From Alphaproteobacteria bacterium (lineage in GTDB: Bacteria > Pseudomonadota > Alphaproteobacteria > Rs-D84): a DNA stretch of 64,000 bases. Shown in pieces: positions 17,645-27,268 of this stretch. Under the pieces are notes generated by a model. The model was not told the origin of the DNA, ran no database searches, and worked only from the letters and a program-made list of their open reading frames with translations. The stretch spans positions 140,876-204,875 of the forward strand of contig WQXN01000001.1 in NCBI GenBank assembly GCA_009784815.1, in the 5' to 3' direction. Both the position numbers and the translations under genes were made by a program. How positions within the stretch are numbered: position 1 is the stretch's first letter; every line of letters starts with the position of its first letter.

Positions 17645-19411
17645 ATGAATCTTAACAGCGTTTACAGAACTTATACCTGTGGCAATCTGTCGCATAAAAA
17701 CGTCGGAGAATCCGTGGTGCTGTCCGGATGGATTCACCGCAAGCGGGATCACGGCGGGTTGTTGTTCGTCGATCTTCGCGATAATTACGGCATCACGCAG
17801 TGCGTGTTCGATTTGTCCGCCGCGGGTTTGGCGGGAATTGAAAAAATTCATCCCGAAAGCGTGATCACCGTGCGCGGAGATGTTGTTGCTAGGGACGCTT
17901 CGCAGGTCAACGACAAGATTCCGACCGGAAAGATCGAGGTAAAGGCCGCATCTTTCGAGATGCTGACCGAATCCCTTCCGCTGCCGTTCCAAGTCTTCGG
18001 AGAGGAGGAGACAAACGAGGAATTGCGTTTGAAGTACCGCTATCTTGCCCAGCGGCGCGAACGGCTTCACGCGAATATTCTTGGACGCAACCGCATTATA
18101 AAATTTATACGCGATCAAATGTGGGAATTCGGTTTTTCGGAATTCCAGACGCCGATTCTTACTTCGTCTTCGCCCGAAGGGGCGCGCGATTATCTGGTGC
18201 CTTCGAGATTGCATCACGGGCAGTTTTACGCTTTGCCCCAGGCGCCGCAGCAGTTCAAGCAGCTGCTTATGATCGGCGGGTTCGATCGGTACTTTCAGAT
18301 CGCTCCGTGTTTCAGGGACGAGGATCTGCGCGCGGATCGCACCATGGAATTCTATCAGCTGGATCTTGAGATGTCGTTCGTCGAGTTAAAGGACATTCAG
18401 GCCGTCGGCGACAGACTTATTCCGGCGGTTATAAAAGAATTCGTGCCGGATGCTAAATTAAGCGACGAAATTCCTCATATATCTTATGCAGACGCCATGC
18501 TGAAGTATGGCAGCGACAAACCCGATCTTCGCAATCCGATCGAGATCGCCGACGTATCGGAAATTTTTGCGAATTCCGATTTTGCGGTATTTGCCGATAG
18601 CGTCAAAAAGGGCAGCGTAGTGCGCGCGGTTCCGGCGCCAACCGTATCCGACAAACCGCGTTCGTTCTTTGATAAATTGGGCGAGTTCGCAATAGCGGAA
18701 TTGAAGCTTGGCGGATTGGGTTATATAGTTTTCGCGCCTGGCGAAGCCAAAGGTCCGGTTGCGAAAAAATTGACGCCGGAACAGGTCGAGGCGATCAAAG
18801 TGGCTTCCGGTGCCAAGGAAGGCGACGCCGTATTTTTCGTGTGCGAGGAAAAGAATGTCGCGGCAAAGGCCGCAGGTAAGCTTCGAGAAAAACTGGGCAA
18901 TGATTTGGGATTGATCGACGCGCGCGAATTCCGTCTGTGCTGGGTCGAAGATTTTCCGATGTACAATATAAATGAAGAGACGGGTAAAATCGATTTCGGT
19001 CATAATCCGTTTTCGTTGCCCAAAAGCGGTTTGGACGGCGATCCGCTGGAGATTCTTGCGAACCAGTTCGATTTGGTTTTAAACGGTTGGGAGATATGTT
19101 CGGGAGGGTTGCGCAATTATAATCCCGAAACTATGGTCAAGGCTTTTGCGATTGCGGGATATTCACAAGAGGATGTCAAAGAAAAATTCGGTGGAATGTG
19201 GAATGCGTTCCAGTATGGCGCGCCGCCGCACGGAGGATGCGCTTTCGGAGTGGACCGCATAATCTGCCTGATTTTGGGCGAGCCGAATCTTCGCGAATGC
19301 CACGCGTTCGTGACCAATCAAAAGGGTCAGGATTTGATGCTTGGGGCGCCGCGCGAAGTGTCCGAGCAGCAGCTGCGCGAAGCCCATATTCAAATTAGGA
19401 AGAAAGCTTAA
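17645..19411 (+). CDS. aspS: aspartate--tRNA ligase
   Basis: FQIAPCFRDEDLRADR and GGLRNYN motifs. 588 aa. Confidence 0.9.
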   Translation: MNLNSVYRTYTCGNLSHKNVGESVVLSGWIHRKRDHGGLLFVDLRDNYGITQCVFDLSAAGLAGIEKIHPESVITVRGDVVARDASQVNDKIPTGKIEVKAASFEMLTESLPLPFQVFGEEETNEELRLKYRYLAQRRERLHANILGRNRIIKFIRDQMWEFGFSEFQTPILTSSSPEGARDYLVPSRLHHGQFYALPQAPQQFKQLLMIGGFDRYFQIAPCFRDEDLRADRTMEFYQLDLEMSFVELKDIQAVGDRLIPAVIKEFVPDAKLSDEIPHISYADAMLKYGSDKPDLRNPIEIADVSEIFANSDFAVFADSVKKGSVVRAVPAPTVSDKPRSFFDKLGEFAIAELKLGGLGYIVFAPGEAKGPVAKKLTPEQVEAIKVASGAKEGDAVFFVCEEKNVAAKAAGKLREKLGNDLGLIDAREFRLCWVEDFPMYNINEETGKIDFGHNPFSLPKSGLDGDPLEILANQFDLVLNGWEICSGGLRNYNPETMVKAFAIAGYSQEDVKEKFGGMWNAFQYGAPPHGGCAFGVDRIICLILGEPNLRECHAFVTNQKGQDLMLGAPREVSEQQLREAHIQIRKKA

Positions 19412-19415
19412 AGAA

Positions 19416-19437
19416 AATCCCCGCGAAAGCGGGGATT
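19416..19437. terminator. bidirectional terminator hairpin
   Basis: aatccccgc-gaaa-gcggggatt between convergent aspS and the 1351-aa gene. Confidence 0.6.
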
Positions 19438-19443
19438 CAAGTT

Positions 19444-22400
19444 TTATATTCCCAGGCGATGTCTTAGTTTGAACATTAGGATAGACTCGTTTCCGAATTG
19501 GGCCGAGTTGTCCGGGTTAAACCGATAGATCATGCCCATATTCGCCGTAGTCCAATCGCCCAGGTTTGCTTGGTAGGACGCGTCTAGGCGCAGCTCGCGG
19601 TTATTATTCGCCATATTGATCGTTCTGTTCTGCGCGTCTACCATCAGGTCAAAACCATGATCCGCTTCTACATTCTGCATGCGGACGTCCAGGTAACTTA
19701 CGTGGCCGCTTGTGACTGCAAGGGGCAGGGCCGCTCCGAACGAGAAATTGCCAAGGTCCAGTTTCGCCGATACTGCCGTAGAAGTAAACGGCGATATTTC
19801 CGACATGACCAGATTGCTTGTTCTATCCGGCGTAGTTCTTGCCATTTCCGCTGTTGCGCTGAACTTTATATCGTCCGAAAAATTCAAGCCGAAGTTACCG
19901 CGGGCGAAGGTCGTGCCGCTTCCGCCCATGTCCATCAGACCCGATCCGTACGCGCCCAAGATCGTGTCGGTTTCATAAACTTGTCCGACCGTCAGGCTTA
20001 GGTTATCGAACCCGGCTGTTGCTCCGAATCCGTACATTCTGCCAAGTTTAGGATCGCGCGCGTCTATGTCGTAGACAAGATTATCGCTGGCTTTGATAGT
20101 TCCCATAAAGCCGTCCATCCCAAGTTTGAACTTGCCGCGCTTGATGCCCGCGCTTGTCGAAATATTGTCCGACGCAAGGCCCATCAGGCCGAACGAGTCT
20201 ATCGCCCGCGCCTTATACTGCGTGTTCACGAAGGTTCTGTCGCCGTTCATGCTGAAGCTTAGTTCGCGCATATAGTTGTTGTCGCGCGCGTCCTGGCTGT
20301 TTTGGAGCGACAGTTTTACCCCGTTCATGTCCAGCGCGGTGACTGGGCCGTTCGATCCGAACTGGCGGAACTGGTCCACAAGGTCAAGGTTGCCGCGCAC
20401 GCTTTGGAAGTCCGCCGACTGGTTGAATATGCGGAACATGGAAAGGTCTTGGTCAGCTGATTCCACCGCGTCGAACATCGACACCGATATGCCGTTAAGT
20501 TTCGATCCGAAGGCCGAGCTTGGAACAAGCGCGGTATTGTTCAAAAACCTTTCGCCGACCAGTATAGCCGAGCCGTCGCTAAGCGCCGCCCCGCGGTTCT
20601 GAGACGAAATCAGTTGACCGGTTGTCGCGTTGCGGAATACAGCAAGCCTGCCCGGGGTGGTGGCGCGGTTTAGGTTCACTAGACCGTAGCCGAAGACTTC
20701 ACTGAACACCGTGCGGTAGTCTTCGCCCGCCGCGACGCGCGCCGCGTAATCAGCCGGCAGGTCGTAACGGTCGCGCAGCTGCGCTTCCGTCAGTTGGAAT
20801 CTATCCGCAGTAATCGCAAGCAGCGTGAATATTTCGCGCGTGGTCATATAGCTGAACGCGCCCATGACCACTCCGACTGATCCGGCCAAGGAAGCTACAC
20901 TCTGGTCGCTTGTTATTCCCGGAGAGGCGAAGCACCACGGGTCTAGGTTGTTAAAGCCGCGTCCTGTGACGGCGCCGCAGGCGCGGGCGCGCAGCACGTG
21001 GCCGTCGGGATCGCCGTATTGCGACAGGACTATTTTATTGGTTGAAGACAGTCCAAGGTTGCCCGTGATATTGCCGGCGATAGTTCCGTTCTGGGCCATG
21101 ACCGCGACCGAAGTCATAAACATATTGTTAAGTCCGGTCCAAAGTTTTGGCGCCAAATTTTCGACCGTGGCTGTAAGCGTCGTGGACATGCTTTCATGCG
21201 CGTAATAATCCCCTGCGCCGAATATCAGCATCGGCAGTCTGGCGTCGCCTTGATAACTTCCGAACAGGTTCACCGCGTCGACTCCGGGAGAGGTCGGATT
21301 GCTGGCTATGTAATTCGCAAAATCAGTCTGAGTCAAGCCTGTGCTTGTAAAGTCTTCCAGTTTTACGCGGTAATAGCTGTTGATTATGTCGCGGTATCTG
21401 TCTTGGCCCGTGCTGTTGGCGGGCAGCGAGGCGAAAAAGTCGGCGGTCGCCATGGACGCGCTGCGGGTGAATTCCGGAGAATTGGCGTTCGCGATTATAT
21501 GTATACCCAAATTCGTCGCGTTTTCGCGAGCTATGCGCATCGCGCGGAAATTCATGTGGTCTATCGGTCTGCCGTTCGAGTCGCGGCCGTTTCCTGTTCG
21601 CGCGATAGTCAGCTGGCCGTTAGGCATATATCCCGGAAAGTCTCCTATAATCATGTCTCCGGCGATGATTTTTGCAAGAAACGAATCGTCCAGGTAGTTG
21701 TTGTCTTGGACCAGCCTGTATTGGTTCCACGCGTTTTGTGCGCGCACCAATCCCGCCGGAGCCACTAATTCGCATCCAGTTCCGCCCGCCGGCGTGCAGT
21801 TGTCGAAGTTGCCCCATGTGCCGCCTTCCATAGCGTTGTAATAGATCACGAAGTCGGCAAAGCTGGCCGTGCCTTTATAAGTGCGGAACAGTATGCCTGT
21901 CAGCTGGCTTAGCTGGCTTGGGGTGAAGGACGGTGCCGAGCTTAGGATAAGGCCTGTTCCAAGGTCCGTCAGAGAATTGGACGACGAGTATATGGATGCG
22001 AAGTCATTCAAATTCGCCGTGCCCTGATAGCGGCGCCACTCGGCTTCGGCAAGCGTGCGGTCGTTGTTGGCTATGAACAGGCTGCCTATGTTGCAAGCCG
22101 AGTTCAGACCCGTGAACGATATGTCGCAGTTGGTGATCGCGGTGTCGGGAGCGCCAAGGCTTGCCATAGTGGAACCCGTCTGCGCGTAGTAGGTCAAAAA
22201 GGTTTCCCATGTCGCTTGTCTTGTGAATTTTAGGTATTCGAATCTTGCGGTGGTGTTCGGCGCAACAACTCCGGCGTATGCGTTCGTGAAGAGCGACTGC
22301 GCCGCCAGAGGATTCGTCCCTAGGAAAAAATTATATTTGGCGAATTGCAGGTCTCCCCACGACGAGGCGCTGAACACGTTAAACGCCGAGCGGCTGAGGG

Positions 22401-23499
22401 TGGTGTTGAAAGCCGAGTTTGAGCCGTCGAGGACCCAGCGCATATCTTCCGGATCAAACATAACTGCGCCGCTGTTCAGATGGGTTGGGATGTTCGCGAA
22501 TTTATTCGCGGGCATCGCGACCAGCGAAGGAGTGCTTGCGAAGCCTAGATTGTTCAACGCGCAGTTGCCTTGGCATTCCGCCCAGACTACGTCCGTCGTG
22601 CCGTCGTTTCTTGTCGCGCTGTCAGTTATGTTGCCGGCGCGTGTAACCCCAAGCCCTGTGACGAGCGCGACGTTGATCGGGCGGCCGCCTGTTGCTGGCA
22701 CTCCGCCTATGCTGCCCGCGTCGGCGGGATCTATGGTCGAGCCGTTGGCATTGCGCAGAGTCGACTGGCCTAGGTATCCGCGCGAATAGGCGTTATATGC
22801 GCTGTTCAAAAACAGGTAGTTGGTGCGGTTGCGAGGCTGGAAGTCGAATCCAAGCGGAACGTTCATGTCGCGCGTGATGTAAAGCGAGGCTTCGCCCAAT
22901 AGCGACGGCGCTCCGGACAACATATTGGTTTCGCCAGTATAGCTGCCGATTTCAAGATTTGGCTGCTGGGCCGCGGGTGCCAGCACAAGTTCCGATGTAG
23001 GGGGAGTTTCAGTATCTCCGCCGCCTCCGGGTCTGCCGCCGCCTCCGGTCGAGGGATTATTATTGTCGGATGTGTAAAGACCGGCCAGGTACGCAAGCGC
23101 CCCGACTCCTAGAGCGGCTCCGCCCGCGACAAGCAATGTGCTTTGCGTTGTGGTTAGTCCCGAGAATAATCCCACGTCTCCGCCTTGTTCGTTGTTGCGG
23201 CGGAACGCTCGGATTTCTTCGTCGCAGCGTGACGCGTCGGCTCCGTATCTTTGCAGCATTTGCGCCGTTCTGACGTCGTTGTTCATAATCGCTGTGCAGA
23301 CCAGACTCATGCCGCTTGGATCGCGGTAGTTGACGTTGACGCCTGACTGGACCATTGTGCGGACCGTGTTTTCATCGCCGGCGCGCGCGGCTTGGAGCAG
23401 TGCGCTGGCCTGTTCGAACGTGGTGCGCGCATAGGATGCAAGCGGAAGCGCTATTGCGGCGAAAAACAACGCGATTTTCACGAAATGCGAATTAAGCAT
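19444..23499 (-). CDS. very large secreted / outer-membrane protein with N-terminal ankyrin repeat and C-terminal beta-barrel-like region
   Basis: Signal peptide MLNSHFVKIALFFAAIALPLASYA. Ankyrin-like AARAGDENTVRTMVQSGVNVNYRD...TAIMNNDVRTAQMLQRYGAD. Gly-rich linker. Last ~280 aa show an alternating beta-strand pattern. Confidence 0.55.
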   Translation of the reverse strand: MLNSHFVKIALFFAAIALPLASYARTTFEQASALLQAARAGDENTVRTMVQSGVNVNYRDPSGMSLVCTAIMNNDVRTAQMLQRYGADASRCDEEIRAFRRNNEQGGDVGLFSGLTTTQSTLLVAGGAALGVGALAYLAGLYTSDNNNPSTGGGGRPGGGGDTETPPTSELVLAPAAQQPNLEIGSYTGETNMLSGAPSLLGEASLYITRDMNVPLGFDFQPRNRTNYLFLNSAYNAYSRGYLGQSTLRNANGSTIDPADAGSIGGVPATGGRPINVALVTGLGVTRAGNITDSATRNDGTTDVVWAECQGNCALNNLGFASTPSLVAMPANKFANIPTHLNSGAVMFDPEDMRWVLDGSNSAFNTTLSRSAFNVFSASSWGDLQFAKYNFFLGTNPLAAQSLFTNAYAGVVAPNTTARFEYLKFTRQATWETFLTYYAQTGSTMASLGAPDTAITNCDISFTGLNSACNIGSLFIANNDRTLAEAEWRRYQGTANLNDFASIYSSSNSLTDLGTGLILSSAPSFTPSQLSQLTGILFRTYKGTASFADFVIYYNAMEGGTWGNFDNCTPAGGTGCELVAPAGLVRAQNAWNQYRLVQDNNYLDDSFLAKIIAGDMIIGDFPGYMPNGQLTIARTGNGRDSNGRPIDHMNFRAMRIARENATNLGIHIIANANSPEFTRSASMATADFFASLPANSTGQDRYRDIINSYYRVKLEDFTSTGLTQTDFANYIASNPTSPGVDAVNLFGSYQGDARLPMLIFGAGDYYAHESMSTTLTATVENLAPKLWTGLNNMFMTSVAVMAQNGTIAGNITGNLGLSSTNKIVLSQYGDPDGHVLRARACGAVTGRGFNNLDPWCFASPGITSDQSVASLAGSVGVVMGAFSYMTTREIFTLLAITADRFQLTEAQLRDRYDLPADYAARVAAGEDYRTVFSEVFGYGLVNLNRATTPGRLAVFRNATTGQLISSQNRGAALSDGSAILVGERFLNNTALVPSSAFGSKLNGISVSMFDAVESADQDLSMFRIFNQSADFQSVRGNLDLVDQFRQFGSNGPVTALDMNGVKLSLQNSQDARDNNYMRELSFSMNGDRTFVNTQYKARAIDSFGLMGLASDNISTSAGIKRGKFKLGMDGFMGTIKASDNLVYDIDARDPKLGRMYGFGATAGFDNLSLTVGQVYETDTILGAYGSGLMDMGGSGTTFARGNFGLNFSDDIKFSATAEMARTTPDRTSNLVMSEISPFTSTAVSAKLDLGNFSFGAALPLAVTSGHVSYLDVRMQNVEADHGFDLMVDAQNRTINMANNNRELRLDASYQANLGDWTTANMGMIYRFNPDNSAQFGNESILMFKLRHRLGI

Positions 23500-23604
23500 G
23501 ATTATCCCTCTATTCTCTATAATAGGGATTATATCATAAAAAAGGTAAAAGGTAAATGGGAAAAGGAAGATCCCGATTACACCCCGTCTCCTATAAGGGG
23601 GCGG

Positions 23605-23659
23605 GGACGCGAATAATCCCCTATGACTAGCAAGCCGGGTTCCCGCAAAGCGAAGTGGA
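23605..23659 (+). repeat. 55-bp perfect direct repeat, copy 1
   Basis: ggacgcgaataatcccctatgactagcaagccgggttcccgcaaagcgaagtgga, identical to 25921-25975. Confidence 0.9.
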
Positions 23660-23663
23660 TTTT

Positions 23664-25091
23664 TTAGCGCAAGCCTTCAAGCGATCTTAAAAAAATCGAT
23701 ATTTCGCAGTAAGCTCCCATTTTCTGAAACGGAGAGTCGTCTCTAAAAAACACCGCATGATGCAAAATCATATCGCCGGTCCAAGAATTAATTATTTTTG
23801 AAAAATTTTCGGGAGAAAAATACTGACAATTATAATTTATACCTTTCAAAATTCCATGGTGATCGCAATTGTCGGCGACAAACACTTTTTTGAATTTAGG
23901 AAACACTTCGGATTCTATCTGTCCCTTTTGAAAGTTTATGGCGTCCGCCGAGTCGCTGCTTGTAAAAATATTCGATATGACCAGCGCGGGATCAAAATAA
24001 TAGTTGTTCGACAATTCTTTCAGTCGCGACGACAGGGTCACGTCTCCGTCAAAAATAATTTTCTTGTTCATATAATCGAACGCTTTGATTCTATTTTCCT
24101 TTGGAACAAACGAACTTACGGCCCGTTCGATATTTTCTCCGCGGATTCCTATGTGTGAAGCTATCGCAGAGCATGCCAGTATCTGAGAAACCGAGAGCCT
24201 AGTCAGCAGGAAAGGAGCGCAGGACAGTATTGAAGCCCCATCTTTCAATATCGAAACATTGTTTTCCCTGAAATCCACGGAATAGACCGGGTCGTTTGCT
24301 TTATCAATTCCAAACGTTATATAAGGCCGGTTTATCGACGCCAGATTTCTACGAGTGACATTGTCATCAAGATTTACGAACGGAAGGGTATTTTTCTGAA
24401 AAAGCCTAACCTTGGAATTAAAAATATCCTGATGAGTTCGTATGTCTTCCATACCTAAATGAGCATCCCCTATATTTAAAATCGATGCGAAATCGGGTAG
24501 CAGTATTGACGCCAGTTCGCCGACATGGGAAAATCTGTTCAGTGACGCCTCGAAAGCTATATATTCATGGTATTCTTCAAGAAAATTTATGACCATCGAA
24601 TACAAATTCAGAGGAGTGATCCTTTTGCTATATAACCGCAAAACTTGTTTTTCGGTCGCTATAATATCCTCGATCAATGCTATGGCCGTGGTTTTCCCGA
24701 CGCTTCCGGTTAATGAAATAATTTTGGGGTTTGAAAATTTAAGCGCAAAATTAAATAGATCAATAATAGATTCAGAGATATTATCCACGTATATGGTTCT
24801 AAAATGCGAACTGTATTTTAAACATATATCCGCGTCCTCGGTCAAAATTGCTCCGTTGGGATTATTTTCAACGAACAGATTGACTTTCGATTTTTTATCT
24901 ATATCCGAATTGTACCAGCCGTTGTCATTCTTCTCGAAAAGCGCGAAGTAAAGAGGTTTGGAATAATCAATGCTTAAGGCTAACTCGCCCGTGGGCTTGG
25001 CAATGTCCAGGAAACTAAACCTATAGTCATCCTGCAAATTAAAACTCTTTCCTTTAATAATTTGTTTCAATAGGCCCGCGTAAAACTTCAC
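23664..25091 (-). CDS. Mur ligase family protein (MurF-like)
   Basis: ATP-binding motif LTGSVGKTT. 475 aa. AT-rich. 4-nt overlap with the upstream hydrolase gene. Confidence 0.5.
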   Translation of the reverse strand: MKFYAGLLKQIIKGKSFNLQDDYRFSFLDIAKPTGELALSIDYSKPLYFALFEKNDNGWYNSDIDKKSKVNLFVENNPNGAILTEDADICLKYSSHFRTIYVDNISESIIDLFNFALKFSNPKIISLTGSVGKTTAIALIEDIIATEKQVLRLYSKRITPLNLYSMVINFLEEYHEYIAFEASLNRFSHVGELASILLPDFASILNIGDAHLGMEDIRTHQDIFNSKVRLFQKNTLPFVNLDDNVTRRNLASINRPYITFGIDKANDPVYSVDFRENNVSILKDGASILSCAPFLLTRLSVSQILACSAIASHIGIRGENIERAVSSFVPKENRIKAFDYMNKKIIFDGDVTLSSRLKELSNNYYFDPALVISNIFTSSDSADAINFQKGQIESEVFPKFKKVFVADNCDHHGILKGINYNCQYFSPENFSKIINSWTGDMILHHAVFFRDDSPFQKMGAYCEISIFLRSLEGLR

Positions 25092-25822
25092 TGTCTTTCT
25101 TTAGTTTTTACAAAATCCCGTATAATAGCCAAAATATCGTCGGTGTTGGTATTGGCTATGTCATGGGTTCCGCCTTTCAATACATGAATACAACCTTTCG
25201 CCGACGGTTTTTTTTCAATCAAAAGCTCAGGCGGAGTCGCCGTGTCTTTTTCTCCGAAAATAAAGCAGAGGTCGTTCAAGTTCGCGTCCGATAGATTATC
25301 GGATAAATCTATCCCGACTATGCCCAAGTACGATTTCTTAAGAAACTTTGTTCCTTGTGCGTAAAAGGGATTTCCAATAACTCGCGACAGATAAAAATCA
25401 CGCAGCAAGTCTTTTGCGAACTTTGGAACAGCGCCGGAAACCGAAGAAATTATTTTCTGCTTTTTAGTCTGTTCCCTATACCGACGGCATATGGCCGGCG
25501 AGATTAAAATCAATTTTTGGTTCAAATCGAATTTTAACTTATAATTCAATGCGACGGCGGCACCAAAGGAATATCCTAGCATAAAGTCCGGTTTAAAGCT
25601 TTCAAGATTATCCCTGACAAATGACGCAAAGTCGTCCAAAGTCCAAGGATTTTTTGGTTCTTCCGCGCCGCAAAATCCCGGAAAAGTTATAACTTTTACT
25701 TCATATTCCTTCTCAAGCGCGTCAACAAATTTTCGCCTATTGCGCCAAGGATCGGTCATGCCTGGGCATTGCGAAGTATAATTGGCGTTATCCCAGCCGT
25801 GAAGTAAGGCAAGCTTTGTCAT
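25088..25822 (-). CDS. alpha/beta hydrolase
   Basis: Nucleophile elbow GYSFG. C-terminal GGTHD. 244 aa. Confidence 0.6.
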   Translation of the reverse strand: MTKLALLHGWDNANYTSQCPGMTDPWRNRRKFVDALEKEYEVKVITFPGFCGAEEPKNPWTLDDFASFVRDNLESFKPDFMLGYSFGAAVALNYKLKFDLNQKLILISPAICRRYREQTKKQKIISSVSGAVPKFAKDLLRDFYLSRVIGNPFYAQGTKFLKKSYLGIVGIDLSDNLSDANLNDLCFIFGEKDTATPPELLIEKKPSAKGCIHVLKGGTHDIANTNTDDILAIIRDFVKTKERQ

Positions 25823-25920
25823 GCGCGCAACCTACAATGCTTTAAAAAGAATTACAATCGGGATAGATTCCTAAAATCATTGTGAAAAAATTTATCGCTG
25901 CGCAACAGCCATTAAAGCCC

Positions 25921-25975
25921 GGACGCGAATAATCCCCTATGACTAGCAAGCCGGGTTCCCGCAAAGCGAAGTGGA
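25921..25975 (+). repeat. 55-bp perfect direct repeat, copy 2
   Basis: Identical to 23605-23659. Lies 10 nt beyond the grpE stop. Confidence 0.9.
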
Positions 25976-25985
25976 GTCGTATGGA

Positions 25986-26438
25986 TTAAGCTGATACTAT
26001 GACCATCGCGTGGCGAAGCGGCTGGCCGTCAAGTTCGAAGCCTGTTTGGATCTCTTCTATTATGATGCCGCTGTCCGTATCGGATTGCGCGGTGCTTATC
26101 GCTTGGTGAAGTATTGGATTCAATTTCTCGCCGACTGATTTGATCTGCCTTATGCCGGATTTTTCCAAAGCCGCTATAGCGGCGTTAAGGATCATCTTGA
26201 TGCCTTCGTCGTTCGGATTATGTTTCAGCGCGGAAAGGGACGCGTCCACTACGGGAAGAATATTTTCCGCCAGATTGATCATTTTTATGCGCGCGGCGTT
26301 CTCGGAATCTATTTTCGAGCGGCGCTTGATATTTTCGGTTTCCGCGACGCTTCGAAGGTATTTGTCCTGAAGCGCGTCGAGTTCGGCTTGAAGCGGATTC
26401 GTTTCTTCTATGGCTTCTTCTTTTTTAATATCTTCCAT
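25986..26438 (-). CDS. grpE: nucleotide exchange factor GrpE
   Basis: YLRSVAETENIKRR and RHAMVIVS motifs. The start MEDIKKE at 26438 is preferred over the Lys-rich track extension. Confidence 0.8.
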   Translation of the reverse strand: MEDIKKEEAIEETNPLQAELDALQDKYLRSVAETENIKRRSKIDSENAARIKMINLAENILPVVDASLSALKHNPNDEGIKMILNAAIAALEKSGIRQIKSVGEKLNPILHQAISTAQSDTDSGIIIEEIQTGFELDGQPLRHAMVIVSA

Positions 26439-26498
26439 TTTACCTTTTACCTTTTTACTTTTACCTTTATATATGGACAAGCCGTATAGTTTCAAGTC

Positions 26499-27191
26499 CT
26501 AAACCGATGTTATTATGGGTATGAAGTCTTCGGGCGTTAAACTGGCGGCGCCTACCAGTACTCCGTCCACGAACGGGATGGACATGATTTCCGCGGCGTT
26601 TGCGGCTTTGACGCTGCCGCCGTATAAGATCGGATTCAGGTATCGCTTCATGTTTTCCATGGTTTTTTGGATATGGGCGTGCGCTGAAGCGATTTCCTTG
26701 GAAGTGGCGGATTTACCCGTGCCTATCGCCCATACCGGTTCATACGCTATTATTACTTTGCCCTCGGCGGGGAGGGATTTTTTAAGCTGGTCGGTAAGTA
26801 CTTCGTTCGTTCTTTTCGCCTTCTTGTCCGCCAAAGTTTCGCCGACGCATATTATTGGCGTTATGTCGAAGCTAAGCGCTTGCTGGGCTTTGGCGCGAAC
26901 GGTTTCGCTTGATTCGTTATGGTATTGCCTACGTTCGGAATGACCCAGTATCACGCATTTAGCGCCGGATTCCGCCAGCATTCCGGCGGATATTTCGCCG
27001 GTATAGGCGCCGGTCAAATGGGCCGAACAGTCTTGTCCTCCGACCGGCGTTTTGCCGAATTTGTCCAGCAATGTGAAGGGCGGGCAGATTACCACTTGGT
27101 TTTTCGTTTTGATCTTGGACAGAGCCCGGGCCATGGCTTTTGCCTTTGCGGCGTCTCCGTTCATTTTCCAATTTCCAGCTATGATTTTCAT
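26499..27191 (-). CDS. tpiA: triosephosphate isomerase
   Basis: AGNWKMNG, ILGHSERR and AYEPVWAIGTG motifs. Confidence 0.9.
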   Translation of the reverse strand: MKIIAGNWKMNGDAAKAKAMARALSKIKTKNQVVICPPFTLLDKFGKTPVGGQDCSAHLTGAYTGEISAGMLAESGAKCVILGHSERRQYHNESSETVRAKAQQALSFDITPIICVGETLADKKAKRTNEVLTDQLKKSLPAEGKVIIAYEPVWAIGTGKSATSKEIASAHAHIQKTMENMKRYLNPILYGGSVKAANAAEIMSIPFVDGVLVGAASLTPEDFIPIITSV

Positions 27192-27268
27192 GCGTCACCT
27201 TTTTTGTTGCATTCGTCCGGCGGATTCTGCTATAAATCGGGGGATAAAGCAAGAAAAAGGAATAGGAC

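Noticed and set aside
16912-17646. 244-aa minus-strand ORF in an alternative frame of uppP
   Set aside because: It occupies the same strand as uppP in a different frame. The uppP frame has the family motifs, while this frame is Arg/Gly-rich noise.
19444-23499. Subtilase (S8) autotransporter assignment for the 1351-aa protein
   Set aside because: I could not find the Asp (D[ST]G), His (HGT) or Ser (GTS) catalytic motifs. Only the generic ankyrin and beta-barrel-like description is kept.
26436-26495. Lys-rich N-terminal extension of grpE (MKLYGLSIYKGKSKKVKGK) and the GGTAAAAGGTAAA reiteration as a possible repeat array
   Set aside because: The extension is translation of an A/G-rich leader. 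The short reiteration has only two or three units and no spacers, so it is not CRISPR-like.
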